From: Rhodospirillales bacterium
Lineage (GTDB): Bacteria > Pseudomonadota > Alphaproteobacteria > Rhodospirillales > SHVU01
Assembly: GCA_009691105.1 (NCBI GenBank)
Contig: SHVU01000006.1
Coordinates: forward strand, 1,629 to 65,628
Length of the DNA: 64,000 nt
Reading direction: 5' to 3'
In this document: positions 50,825-59,756 of the stretch, piece after piece
How positions within the stretch are numbered: position 1 is the first letter of the stretch
How the letters are laid out: each line of letters starts with the position of its first letter
Notes under the pieces: generated by a model
Told to the model about the DNA's origin: nothing
The model's input: the letters and a program-made list of their open reading frames with translations, nothing else
Database searches by the model: none
Program-made: the position numbers and the translations under genes

Positions 50825-51556
50825 TTAAAACCGATATCCGTAGCGGCCGCCGAAGGTTTCGAGGCCTTCATTCTTATCACAAAGCTTGCCGTTCGAGATG
50901 TGATCGAAGTGGAAACTGACGGCATGCTGACCGCCGAACCGGTATCCGAGCTCGATCCCTTCGCGGAACAGGACGCTGCAGCCCAATTGCTTGGCGTCGA
51001 GGCGCTCCTCGGTGGGTTCACTGTCGTGGACGGCGCTGCCGAACGAGAACTCGGCGAAGAAGTTTCCTAGGAATTCATAACCCCAGGTCAGGCCGAAGTA
51101 GCCCTGGCTGGTGTTGCCGTCGGAGTTGATCGTGCCGCCGAGATGCGGGCGGGGCGACCAGATGACGTCGAGGAAAGACGGCGAGGCGAACAGGACCTCG
51201 AAATTGGTGTCGAAGCCGCTTTCCTTGTTGCGGCTGAACGGGCCTTCGTCGTGGACGAGAAGGCCAGAGCGCAACTCGGAGAGAACGCCATACAACGGCT
51301 GCGGCTGGAACTCGGGCTGCACCGGAGCCGGGGCACGCTGGGCGACAACCATCGGTTGCGCGGCCGGGGCACGGGGTGACGGAGCCGGAGCCGCGGCCGG
51401 CGGCTGGGGCTGGGCTTGCGCTTTGGTAAACGGATGCGGCTGACGCGCGAACTGGCGCATGTCGTAGGTACTGCCGGCGGCGTGGCCGGCCACTGACCAG
51501 ATGCTGCCGACGATCGCCACCGTTGCGGCAATCGCGATACCGAATTTGCTAGCCAT
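50825..51556 (-). CDS. acyloxyacyl hydrolase / lipid A 3-O-deacylase (PagL-like) outer-membrane protein with Pro/Ala/Gln-rich linker
   Basis: 243 aa. Signal peptide, a low-complexity PA-rich stretch of about 55 aa, then a beta-barrel with the HISNG catalytic motif and a terminal aromatic YGYRF. Confidence 0.75.
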   Translation of the reverse strand: MASKFGIAIAATVAIVGSIWSVAGHAAGSTYDMRQFARQPHPFTKAQAQPQPPAAAPAPSPRAPAAQPMVVAQRAPAPVQPEFQPQPLYGVLSELRSGLLVHDEGPFSRNKESGFDTNFEVLFASPSFLDVIWSPRPHLGGTINSDGNTSQGYFGLTWGYEFLGNFFAEFSFGSAVHDSEPTEERLDAKQLGCSVLFREGIELGYRFGGQHAVSFHFDHISNGKLCDKNEGLETFGGRYGYRF

Positions 51557-51663
51557 GATCCACTCGTAACCGCGCTCAAATCCCCCACGGTGCGCTATTT
51601 ACTTCCGCCCGGCGGCCGTTGTCCAGGTATGCTGGAGCCCTCTTTTAATGACTGGAACGCGGC

Positions 51664-52380
51664 GTGAAGGAAGTCGAACGCGCATTTGCCGACGGCGAGA
51701 TCATCTTTCGCGAGGGCGAGCCGAGCCGGGCTGCCTATCTCCTGTCGCGAGGCCGGGTCGAACTCGTCAAGCTGGCCGAAAAGACAGCGACCAGGATATC
51801 GCTCCTCCGGCCCGGCGACATGTTCGGCGAGCTTGGCCTTCTTGACGAAAGCCCGCGTGCCGCGACCGCCCGGGCGGTCGGACCAGTTCTCGTCAAAGAA
51901 ATCCCACGCCAGGAGTTACTCCAGTCCTCGGTCGCCGATACGCCGCAGCCGTCGATCACCCTGCCGTCGCTCGGCGGGTTGATGGACCGGTTGCGCGGCG
52001 CCGTTATGCCGGCCGATGAAACGCCGGCTTCGTCAGCCCCGCCGGAACCAAAACGGACGCCGCTCAGCATCATCGATCGACTTCTCGGCGCCGGATTCAC
52101 GTCACGCTCGAAGCCGACGCTCGTCATGATCGCGCCCCTGGCCGACGACGCGGGTGGTATCGCGACGCGGGCGCTGGCCAGCATCCTCAACCGTCGCCAT
52201 GGGCTGCGCCGGCATGGCGCGGTTCCGCGACCGTTTGGAAGACGCGATCGGCGTTCCGGTCGTCGAGCCGACGTTGGCGGCGACGACCATGGCGCTGGGT
52301 GCCGTCCGCCTCGGCTGGTAATCGCTGTCAATCTCCAGTCGGCGGTATGCCGACATGTTTTTGTCTTGAAACCCCGATGA
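51664..52380 (+). pseudogene. cyclic nucleotide-binding domain protein fragment; the 3' part is not credible coding sequence and overlaps a racemase gene remnant
   Basis: Residues 1-110 form a clean cNMP-binding domain (GEIIFREGEP...FGELGLLDESPRAATARA). Homology-like sequence continues to ...LVMIAPLADDAGGIATRALASILN (about 52190). After that the translation becomes Arg/Gly-rich nonsense. Confidence 0.65.
52199..52321 (+). pseudogene. C-terminal remnant of an Asp/Glu/hydantoin racemase family gene
   Basis: An alternative frame reads MGCAGMARFRDRLEDAIGVPVVEPTLAATTMALGAVRLGW*, matching the conserved C-terminus (LGCAGM....gvPViD....A...a..L) of this family. No upstream body is present. Confidence 0.6.
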
Positions 52381-52472
52381 CGCCCGTGTGAACTGCGTGA
52401 GCTCGCGTGTCTTGGCGTGAGGCTAAAATTTTCGCGAATCCCATTCCGGACTCTCTGTTTAAGGGGGAAACA

Positions 52473-53021
52473 ATGAACCGCATCGCTCATCATTGCCGTC
52501 GCCTTTTGGTCGCTGCCGCCATCGCCATGATGCCGATGGTCGGCAACGCGGCCGACGATTTGCTGTCCGAAGTCAAAGCCTGCGGCACGATCCGCGTCGC
52601 GCTGCAAGCCAAGTTCGAGCCCGCCATGTTCCGCGACTCGACCGGCAAGATCGTCGGCTTCAATCCCGACGTCGCCGAGTAAATCGCCCGTCGTCTTGGA
52701 GTGAAGGTCGAATACGTCGCGCCGGATTTCGCGGTCGTGGTCGCCGGTCACTGGCAAGGGCGTTGGGACATGAACGTCCAGACGCTCACGGTGACGCAAC
52801 AGCGCGCCGAGGTCCTGATCTTCACCGATCCCTACACCAAGTCGCCGACGGTCGCCGCGGTCCACCAAGCCAACACGTCGGTCAAAGACGTGAAGAAGGA
52901 TTTGGACGGCAAGAAGATCGGCGTCTGCGGCGGCTGTTCGCAGAGCAAACGAATGACGTCCTGGGGCGCGGCGTTGCCGGTGCCACCCGCCACCAGCCAG
53001 TCGCTGACGGTTCGGATTTGA
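52473..53021 (+). pseudogene. family 3 (amino-acid) ABC substrate-binding protein with in-frame TAA (52680..52682) and loss of the 3' third
   Basis: GGGGA-type RBS, signal peptide MNRIAHHCRRLLVAAAIAMMPMVGNA. GTIRVAL...DSTGKIVGFNPDVAE*IARRLGVKVEYVAPDF...WDMNVQTLTVTQQRAEVLIFTDPY is continuous across the stop. Homology fades after GKKIGV (about 52930). Confidence 0.8.
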
Positions 53022-53124
53022 TCGGGGGAGGGGCCGCCGGTCGTCACGGGATTGTCACTCCGTCGCTCGCGCGACGCATCTTACCATTCGCACCGTTCAT
53101 GCTAGTCTCTGCCGGCGGGGAGCA

Positions 53125-53949
53125 ATGATTTACGTAGACGCCAAAGGCGTGCGGATACCGGCGATCGGCCTCGGAACATGGCCGTTGCGGGGCGAGGAGT
53201 GCGAGCGGTCGGTTCGCGCTGGCCTCGAGATCGGCTACCGCCATATCGATACCGCCGCGAAATACGACAATGAACCCGAGGTGGGCCGCGGCATCGCTGC
53301 GTCCGGGGTCGCCCGCAAGGATATCTTCCTGGTCACGAAGGTCTGGAACGACGCCTTGCGCGACGGCGATCTGCAGCGCTCGGCCGAGCGGAGCCTGAAG
53401 GCTCTCCGGCAAGATTACGTCGATCTTCTGTTGATCCATTGGCCGAACGCCGCGATACCGCTTCGCGAATCGCTGAAGGCGCTCGCCTCGGTCAAAGCCA
53501 AGGGGCGGGCCAGTCACGTCGGGGTCAGCAATTTTCCAGTGGCACTGCTGAAGGAAGCGGTCGAGGTCTGCGGCGCAGATCTTCTCTGCAACCAAGTCGA
53601 GTATCACGTCGGGCTCTCGCAGCGCCCGGTGCTATCGTACATCAGGCCGCGCGGCATGATGCTGACCGCCTACAGCCCGACCGCCAAGGGCGGCGTCGGA
53701 TCGGACGCGCTGTTGAAGCGGATCGGGGCTCATCATGGCAAAACTCCGGTCCAGATCGCGCTCCGCTGGCTCGTACAGCAGGACGGGGTCGCGGCGATCC
53801 CCAAAGCCTCTAACCAGGATCACGCCCGCGAGAATTTCTCCATTTTCGATTTCGAGTTGACGCCTGCCGAGATGGCCGAGATCAGCGCCATTGGCGGCGA
53901 TGACCGCCTGATCGATCCGACTCACGGCCCAACATGGGATCCCGCATGA
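53125..53949 (+). CDS. aldo/keto reductase (2,5-diketo-D-gluconate reductase-like)
   Basis: 274 aa. GLGTW, GYRHIDTAAKY.NE, LLIHWP and IPKAS...R..EN motifs. Confidence 0.9.
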   Translation: MIYVDAKGVRIPAIGLGTWPLRGEECERSVRAGLEIGYRHIDTAAKYDNEPEVGRGIAASGVARKDIFLVTKVWNDALRDGDLQRSAERSLKALRQDYVDLLLIHWPNAAIPLRESLKALASVKAKGRASHVGVSNFPVALLKEAVEVCGADLLCNQVEYHVGLSQRPVLSYIRPRGMMLTAYSPTAKGGVGSDALLKRIGAHHGKTPVQIALRWLVQQDGVAAIPKASNQDHARENFSIFDFELTPAEMAEISAIGGDDRLIDPTHGPTWDPA

Positions 53950-54368
53950 CCGCTGCCGCCGACGACACCGAGTTGCGCGACCGCTTGGCGATCGACGATC
54001 TCTACACGCAATATGCTTTCGCTCTCGACGAAGTGAATCTGGAGATGCTGGCCGCGTGTTTCGCGCCCGAGGTCGAGTTCGTCCCGGGTGCGCCAGGCGT
54101 CCCGCCGCGCACCGGCATCAAGGCCAACCAGGATCGCCTCGTCGAACGTCACCGCGAAAAAGCTTTCCGCGAACGCCATATGACCAATCCGCCCTTGATC
54201 CGGACGCTTTCGGGCGACCGTGCCGAGGCGGTCTGCGAATACGTGATTTTCCAAGTCGACTCCGGAGCGCCGCCGCGGCTCGTCTCCATGGGTCGCTATG
54301 AAGACTCTCTCGAAAAGCGGAACGGGCGCTGGGTTTTCGCCCGGCGTCGTTCCTTTCGCGACCAGTAA
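53946..54368 (+). CDS. SnoaL-like / NTF2-fold protein
   Basis: 140 aa from ATG 53946 (ATGA overlap with the AKR stop). IDDLYTQYAFALDE...GRYEDSLEKRNGRWVFARR pattern of the nuclear transport factor 2 family. Confidence 0.75.
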   Translation: MTAAADDTELRDRLAIDDLYTQYAFALDEVNLEMLAACFAPEVEFVPGAPGVPPRTGIKANQDRLVERHREKAFRERHMTNPPLIRTLSGDRAEAVCEYVIFQVDSGAPPRLVSMGRYEDSLEKRNGRWVFARRRSFRDQ

Positions 54369-54382
54369 ACCGGAGAACGGCG

Positions 54383-55150
54383 ATGGCGAAGGCGAAACGC
54401 AGCAGCGCGCGGGCCGGTCGGCCCGTGGTCTTGGTCACCGGCGCCGGGTCGGGCATCGGCCGTGCCACCTCGATGCGGCTCGCCAATGATGGATTTAGCG
54501 TCGCCTGCGCCGACGTCGACGCGGCGGGCGCCAAGCGCACCGCGGAGAAACTGCCGGCCAGTCTTGCGCTCGCCATCGATGTGCGCGAGCCAGAGTCCTG
54601 CGAGTCCGTCGTCGCGCAAATCTACAAGCACTACGGTCGCCTCGACGCCGTCGTCGCAGCGGCCGGCGTCAACGCCATAATCAAAACCCGTGGCGACCTT
54701 ATGGAAATCGCCGAATTCCGTCGCATCATCGACATCAATCTGACCGGCGTCTATTTGACGGCGCGCGCCGCGGCCCGCGCCATGATCAAGGCGAAGCAGC
54801 CAGGCCGCATGGTCTTTCTCGGCTCGATCGCGTCCAAGGTCTCGACGCCTGGGAGCGCGGTGTATTCTGCGTCGAAAGCTGGCGTCCTGAACCTCGGCCG
54901 GACTCTGGCCGTCGAATGGGCGCCCTTCAAAATCGCCGTGAACATCGTCGGACCAGGCGTGATCGAAACGCCGATGACGGCGGCGAGCCGCGCCAACCCG
55001 GCGAAGGCTGCCGAATTCATCTCGCGCATCCCACTCGGGCGCTATGGCCAGCCCGAGGAAATCGCGTCGGTTATTTCGTTCCTGCTGTCGGCCGACTCGG
55101 CCTACATGACCGGGTCTTACGTCACGATCGACGGCGGTTGGCTCGCCTAA
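54383..55150 (+). CDS. SDR family oxidoreductase (FabG-like)
   Basis: 255 aa. TGAGSGIGRA cofactor motif, NAAG-type AAAGV, catalytic YSASKAG, and PGVIETPM. Confidence 0.9.
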   Translation: MAKAKRSSARAGRPVVLVTGAGSGIGRATSMRLANDGFSVACADVDAAGAKRTAEKLPASLALAIDVREPESCESVVAQIYKHYGRLDAVVAAAGVNAIIKTRGDLMEIAEFRRIIDINLTGVYLTARAAARAMIKAKQPGRMVFLGSIASKVSTPGSAVYSASKAGVLNLGRTLAVEWAPFKIAVNIVGPGVIETPMTAASRANPAKAAEFISRIPLGRYGQPEEIASVISFLLSADSAYMTGSYVTIDGGWLA

Positions 55151-55173
55151 GCTTGAATCGAGGGGATCGCATC

Positions 55174-55581
55174 ATGGCCGCAAAACGTAAAAAGACACTC
55201 ACGCATCACAATCCGCGCGCCGTGGCGCCGCCGACGGTGGTCTACAGCCTAGGCGTCGAGGTTCCGGCGGGGGCGCGCTTGCTCGTCACGTCCGGACAGA
55301 TCGGCTGTCGCAAAGATGGGACGATTCCCAAAGACATGGCATCGCAAGTCGAATGCGCGCTGAAGAACATTCTGGCGCTTGTCAAGGCGGCGAAGATGAA
55401 GCCGAAGAACCTCGTCAAAGTGACGGTGTTCCTCCGCCATATCGAAGACGCCAAGACATTCCGGCGCGTCCGCGACCGCATTCTCGGCACGCATGCGCCG
55501 GCCGAGACCATGATCGCGGTCGCCGGGCTTGGCATTCCCGGCATGCTCGTCGAGATCGAGGCGATCGCCGCCGCGGTCTAG
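55174..55581 (+). CDS. RidA/YjgF family protein
   Basis: 135 aa from ATG 55174. LVTSGQIG, VKVTVFL and MLVEIEAIA pattern. Confidence 0.8.
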   Translation: MAAKRKKTLTHHNPRAVAPPTVVYSLGVEVPAGARLLVTSGQIGCRKDGTIPKDMASQVECALKNILALVKAAKMKPKNLVKVTVFLRHIEDAKTFRRVRDRILGTHAPAETMIAVAGLGIPGMLVEIEAIAAAV

Positions 55582-55594
55582 CGGCGAAAATCGC

Positions 55595-56122
55595 CTAACG
55601 CGCCGCCGCGATCTTTTCGCGGGCTAGCGGCGAACGGACTTCGGTTCCAGAAAACAGCAACGTCAGCACAAGCTCGACCGAATTGTTGGCGGCGAGGCCG
55701 TGACAACCGATCGCGGCGCGGGTCGGCATGCCGGCCTCCCCATACAACTCGACCAGAAGATCGGTAGCGCCGTTGATGACGCGGGGCTGCTCCGAAAATC
55801 CGTCCGCGGAATTGACGTAGCCGATCAGCTGCAGCGCCTGGGTGACGCGGTCGAGATCGCCGAGCGCGAACTTGGCGATGCCGAGGCAATGCAACGCCGC
55901 GTAGCGCGCCGCCTCGTAACCATGCTCGATCGAGAGATCCTTGCCGAGGACGCCGGTCATATAGCGCGTCCCGTCCTTCATCGCGATGCTGCCGGAGATA
56001 TAAAGCGCGTTGCCGTGGGCGAGATGGGACCGGAATCGCGCCCCGGTCGGATTGGTGCGGTATTGCTTTTCGATGTCGGGCATGACGAGCCCGAGAGACT
56101 CAAGCTTGCGTTCGACGCTCAT
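55595..56122 (-). CDS. RidA/YjgF family protein (longer subfamily)
   Basis: 175 aa. LYISGSIA...G.VGKD, LIGYVNS and SVELVLTL pattern. Confidence 0.78.
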   Translation of the reverse strand: MSVERKLESLGLVMPDIEKQYRTNPTGARFRSHLAHGNALYISGSIAMKDGTRYMTGVLGKDLSIEHGYEAARYAALHCLGIAKFALGDLDRVTQALQLIGYVNSADGFSEQPRVINGATDLLVELYGEAGMPTRAAIGCHGLAANNSVELVLTLLFSGTEVRSPLAREKIAAAR

Positions 56123-56251
56123 GACATTTCCTCCCCGCTCCGCGGCTGTGGAATACCTGCTCCGCGTTTACATTCCGATAGTGCAATGCTACCGTTTTAG
56201 GTGACAGGACGAAAACGTCCGCAACGAAACAAGAGTGTTGGGAGGATCTAG

Positions 56252-57790
56252 ATGATGCGCGCACGCCATCTGCTGGCGGCGGCCCTCGCCGCCTTCCTTG
56301 CCACCTTCACCCTCGCGCCGGACTCGGCCCAAGCCCAGAAAAGCGCTGATACGCTGAGGGTTGGGTTCTCGTTCCCCTTCGATACGATCGACGCCTATTA
56401 CACCGGTCTTCGAGAGGTCAAACTCGTGATCGGCGAGATGGCCTTCGATACCCTCGTCGGCCGCGATCCCAAGACCTTCAAGGATGTTCCGCTCCTTGCC
56501 ACCTCGTGGCGGTGGATCGACGACCTGACGCTGGAGATGGACCTGCGCCAAGGCGTCAAATGGCACGACGGCGTGGAGTTCACCGGCGCCGACGTCGCCT
56601 ACACCTTCGCGTACCTCAATGACCCCCAGAACAAGCTGCCGAACCGCGAATGGTTCGACTGGGTCAAGGACGTCGAGCAGATTAATCCGCACAAGATCCG
56701 GTTGAAGCTCTCGCGACCGGCCGGCGCGGCGCTGGCGTTCCTCTCGCAGGTCACGCCCATTCTTCCCAAGGACTTCTACGGCCCCGGCGGATCGGTCAAA
56801 CGGTTGGTCGGAACGGGCCCGTATCGCATCACGAGCTTCGAGCCCCAGAAGCAGGCGATCCTCGAGCGTAACCCCAACTATTTCAAGGACGGCATCAAGG
56901 GCACCCCGGCGATCAACAAGGTCATCATCCGTAATTTGCCAGACGAGGCGACGGTGATGGCCGAATTCCTGTCCGGCGGCATCGACTGGATGTGGCGACT
57001 GCCGCCCGAACAGGCCGATCGCTTCAAGGCTCTGCCCGGAAAGACCGTTGCATCGGGCGGTACCATGCGCGTCTTCTGGCTTGGCTTCGACGTCATGGGC
57101 CGCGATCCGAACACGCCGTACAAGGACGTTCGCGTGCGGCGCGCCATCGCCCATGCCATCGATCGTTCAAAGATGGCCAAGGAGCTGGTCGGGCCCGGCG
57201 CCGACGTCGTCCATGTGCTGTGCTATCCGCTCCAGACCGGATGCCCCGATCAGTCGACCGTGACTCACTACGACTACAGCCCAGCCAAGGCCAAGGCACT
57301 ACTCGCTGAAGCCGGCTTTCCGAACGGTTTCTCGTCCTCGGTCTGGACCTATGCCCAAGGCCTCAACCGTGTCTTCCTCGAGTCGATTCAAGGGTATTTG
57401 AACGCCGTCGGAATCAAGCTCAGCGTCGAGATCACGCCGTCGTTCACGGCCTTCGCCGACCTCGTCGCCCAAGGCAAGACGCCGATGGTCATGGAGTCCC
57501 ACGGCCAGTACAACATCAACGACGTCGAAATCGTTATGCCCTTCGCGTTCTACGGCGGCAGCCGCGACAACGTGAAGGACCCGCAGGTCATCGATTGGAT
57601 CAAGCAGGCTTTGGCGACCAGTTTGCCGAAGCGGGTCGATCTCTATCACAACGCCGCGAAGCGGATTTCGAACGAGGTGTTGTACCTGCCGCTGTTCACG
57701 ACGTCGATCATGTATGCGCACACGTCGGACCTCGACTTCACCCCCTGGAACGACGAGGACCCGCGCTTCTTCATGTCGAAGTGGAAGTAG
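56252..57790 (+). CDS. ABC transporter substrate-binding protein, family 5 (peptide/nickel/glutathione type)
   Basis: 512 aa. Signal peptide ending APDSAQA, and LATSW......L...LR.GVKWHDG typical of DppA/GsiB-like SBPs. Confidence 0.88.
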   Translation: MMRARHLLAAALAAFLATFTLAPDSAQAQKSADTLRVGFSFPFDTIDAYYTGLREVKLVIGEMAFDTLVGRDPKTFKDVPLLATSWRWIDDLTLEMDLRQGVKWHDGVEFTGADVAYTFAYLNDPQNKLPNREWFDWVKDVEQINPHKIRLKLSRPAGAALAFLSQVTPILPKDFYGPGGSVKRLVGTGPYRITSFEPQKQAILERNPNYFKDGIKGTPAINKVIIRNLPDEATVMAEFLSGGIDWMWRLPPEQADRFKALPGKTVASGGTMRVFWLGFDVMGRDPNTPYKDVRVRRAIAHAIDRSKMAKELVGPGADVVHVLCYPLQTGCPDQSTVTHYDYSPAKAKALLAEAGFPNGFSSSVWTYAQGLNRVFLESIQGYLNAVGIKLSVEITPSFTAFADLVAQGKTPMVMESHGQYNINDVEIVMPFAFYGGSRDNVKDPQVIDWIKQALATSLPKRVDLYHNAAKRISNEVLYLPLFTTSIMYAHTSDLDFTPWNDEDPRFFMSKWK

Positions 57791-57903
57791 GCGGTCCGCC
57801 GATGCGATCGCACAGCACCCGCGCCGTGGACCGGCGCGGGTGCGGCCGCGTTCGATCTCCCGCGTCACGTCGTACCCGTCGCATCGCGTAGGGGCCGGCT
57901 CCA

Positions 57904-58821
57904 GTGCCTGCCTATGCCGCCAAACGATTTGCCGTCGCTCTTCTCGTTCTCTTCGTCGTGTCCGTCCTCACCTTCACGTTTACCAATGTCGCGGTCGATC
58001 CGGCGATCGCCATCGCCGGCGAAGGCGCGACCGACGCCCAGATCGAACGCCTTCGCCGCGAGTACGGCTTTGACCGGCCGCTCTATGTCCAATATGGCGA
58101 GTGGCTGAGCGGAACGTTGGCCGGGGACTTCGGCACGTCGATCCGACAGCGCCGGCCGGTGCTCACCATGCTGGCCGAGAAATTTCCGGTCACCGCGACC
58201 GTCGGGGGCCTAGCCCTGATTCTGGCGTTCGTCGTCGCCGTGCCGCTGGGCATGGTCGCGGCGCTGCGCCCGAATTCATGGATCGACCGGTTTGCGCTCG
58301 GCTTCGCCGTCGTCGGCATGGCCATGCCGACCTTTTGGTTCGGCTTGGTCCTGATCATCGTCTTCGGCGTAACGCTGCATTGGCTGCCGGTCTCAGGCAC
58401 GGGAACGGCGGCACATTTCGTCATGCCGTCGATCGCGCTCTCGTATTATTCGATTCCCATCATCATGCGCCTGACCCGGGCCGGCATGATCGACGTGATG
58501 GCCTCCGATTATATCCGAACGGCGCGGGCCAAGGGTCTGTTGCCGCGAACCGTCCTCTTCAAACACGCGCTGCGCAACGCGGTGATTCCGGTGGTCGCCG
58601 TCGCCGCCGTCCAGTTCGGACATCTGTTGGCCGGATCGGTCGTCGTCGAATCTGTCTTCGCGCTTCATGGCATTGGGTACATGGCCTGGGAGGCGCTCCA
58701 TGCCGCCGATCTTCCGGTGATCCAGGCCGTCGTCGTCGTCCTGGCCGGGTTCTACATCCTGCTCGTCTTCCTGTCCGATCTTCTCAATGCCTTCCTCGAC
58801 CCCCGGATTCGAATCGCCTAG
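57904..58821 (+). CDS. ABC transporter permease (DppB/GsiC-like)
   Basis: 305 aa, GTG start, 6 TM. Contains the EAA-loop region YIRTARAKGL. Confidence 0.88.
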   Translation: MPAYAAKRFAVALLVLFVVSVLTFTFTNVAVDPAIAIAGEGATDAQIERLRREYGFDRPLYVQYGEWLSGTLAGDFGTSIRQRRPVLTMLAEKFPVTATVGGLALILAFVVAVPLGMVAALRPNSWIDRFALGFAVVGMAMPTFWFGLVLIIVFGVTLHWLPVSGTGTAAHFVMPSIALSYYSIPIIMRLTRAGMIDVMASDYIRTARAKGLLPRTVLFKHALRNAVIPVVAVAAVQFGHLLAGSVVVESVFALHGIGYMAWEALHAADLPVIQAVVVVLAGFYILLVFLSDLLNAFLDPRIRIA

Positions 58822-58832
58822 AGCGGATCGTC

Positions 58833-59756
58833 ATGGCGGATCCCGGCTTTCCTCCTGACACTTTAGGCCTCGTTCCGATGCCGTCGCGCCGAGCCGTGCT
58901 CAGCCGCCGGGTCTTCAGCCATGTCGGGCTTCTGATCGGCGCAGGATTGATCGCCGTCATTGTCATCATGGCGATCTTCGCTCCGGTCCTCGCGCCCTAC
59001 GACCCCTATGCCCAGGACCTCAGCAACCGGCGCATTCCGCCGGTTTGGCACGCCTGGATCAATGACCACCACAAAGCGAGTTGGGCCCATCCGTTCGGCA
59101 CCGATCGTATCGGCCGCGATTACCTGAGCCGCATCATCTACGGCGCTCGGATCTCGCTGCTCATCGGGACGTTGGCGATGTTGATTTCTGGGACCCTGGG
59201 GACGGCTCTTGGCGTGGCCGCCGGCTACTTCGGCGGCCGGATCGACATGTTCGTCAACTTTTTGGTCACGACGCGTCTCAGCCTGCCGCTGATCCTGGTC
59301 TGCCTCGTCATCGTGACGCTGTTCGGCGGATCGATCACGACCATCATCTTGGCGCTCGGTTTCCTGATCTGGGACCGTTTCGCGATCGTCATGCGCAGCG
59401 TCACGCTGCAGATCCGGAACCTCGACTACGTGACGGTGGCGCGAGCCAATGGCTGCTCATCGGCCTACATCATCTTTCGCGAGATCCTGCCCAACGTCGC
59501 CAACGCCCTGATTGTCGTCGCCACCATCGAGATGGCGGTCGCCATCCTTCTCGAGGCGGTGCTGTCGTTCCTCGGCCTTGGCGTGAAGCCGCCGCTGCCG
59601 TCGTGGGGCCTGATGATCGCCGAAGCCAAGACCGACATGTTCTTCGATGCGTGGTTGATCGGTATCCCCGGTATCGCGTTGTTCGTGCTGATCCTTGCCA
59701 TCAACCTGGTCGGCGACGGACTTCGCGACGTCACCGCGCCGGAGCGCCGGGCGTGA
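58833..59756 (+). CDS. ABC transporter permease (DppC/GsiD-like)
   Basis: 307 aa from ATG 58833. PFGTDRIGRDYLSRIIYGARISL is typical of OppC-type permeases. The upstream part of ORF 58101 overlaps the previous gene. Confidence 0.88.
   Translation: MADPGFPPDTLGLVPMPSRRAVLSRRVFSHVGLLIGAGLIAVIVIMAIFAPVLAPYDPYAQDLSNRRIPPVWHAWINDHHKASWAHPFGTDRIGRDYLSRIIYGARISLLIGTLAMLISGTLGTALGVAAGYFGGRIDMFVNFLVTTRLSLPLILVCLVIVTLFGGSITTIILALGFLIWDRFAIVMRSVTLQIRNLDYVTVARANGCSSAYIIFREILPNVANALIVVATIEMAVAILLEAVLSFLGLGVKPPLPSWGLMIAEAKTDMFFDAWLIGIPGIALFVLILAINLVGDGLRDVTAPERRA

Noticed and set aside
16302-52682. Possibility that in-frame TAA/TAG reflect stop-codon reassignment, pyrrolysine (TAG) or programmed read-through.
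   Set aside because: TAA and TAG terminate many genes in this window at conserved C-termini (TAG: PAS kinase, rapZ, chvI, kefB-like, yejE; TAA: HPr, EIIA, HugZ-like, pckG, osmC, ptrB). No tRNA or pyl genes are present here. One affected gene also has a frameshift and others are truncated. Ordinary nonsense mutations, or consensus errors, explain the data better.
52930-53047. Minus-strand translation …SDWLVAGGTGNAAPQDVIRLLCEQ… resembles the N-terminal Rossmann motif (xxVxGGTGxxG) of NmrA/atypical SDR proteins. It could be another gene remnant overlapping the dead SBP 3' end.
   Set aside because: The match is a single short Gly-rich motif in GC-rich DNA. There is no start codon context and no downstream homology. 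It cannot be distinguished from chance.
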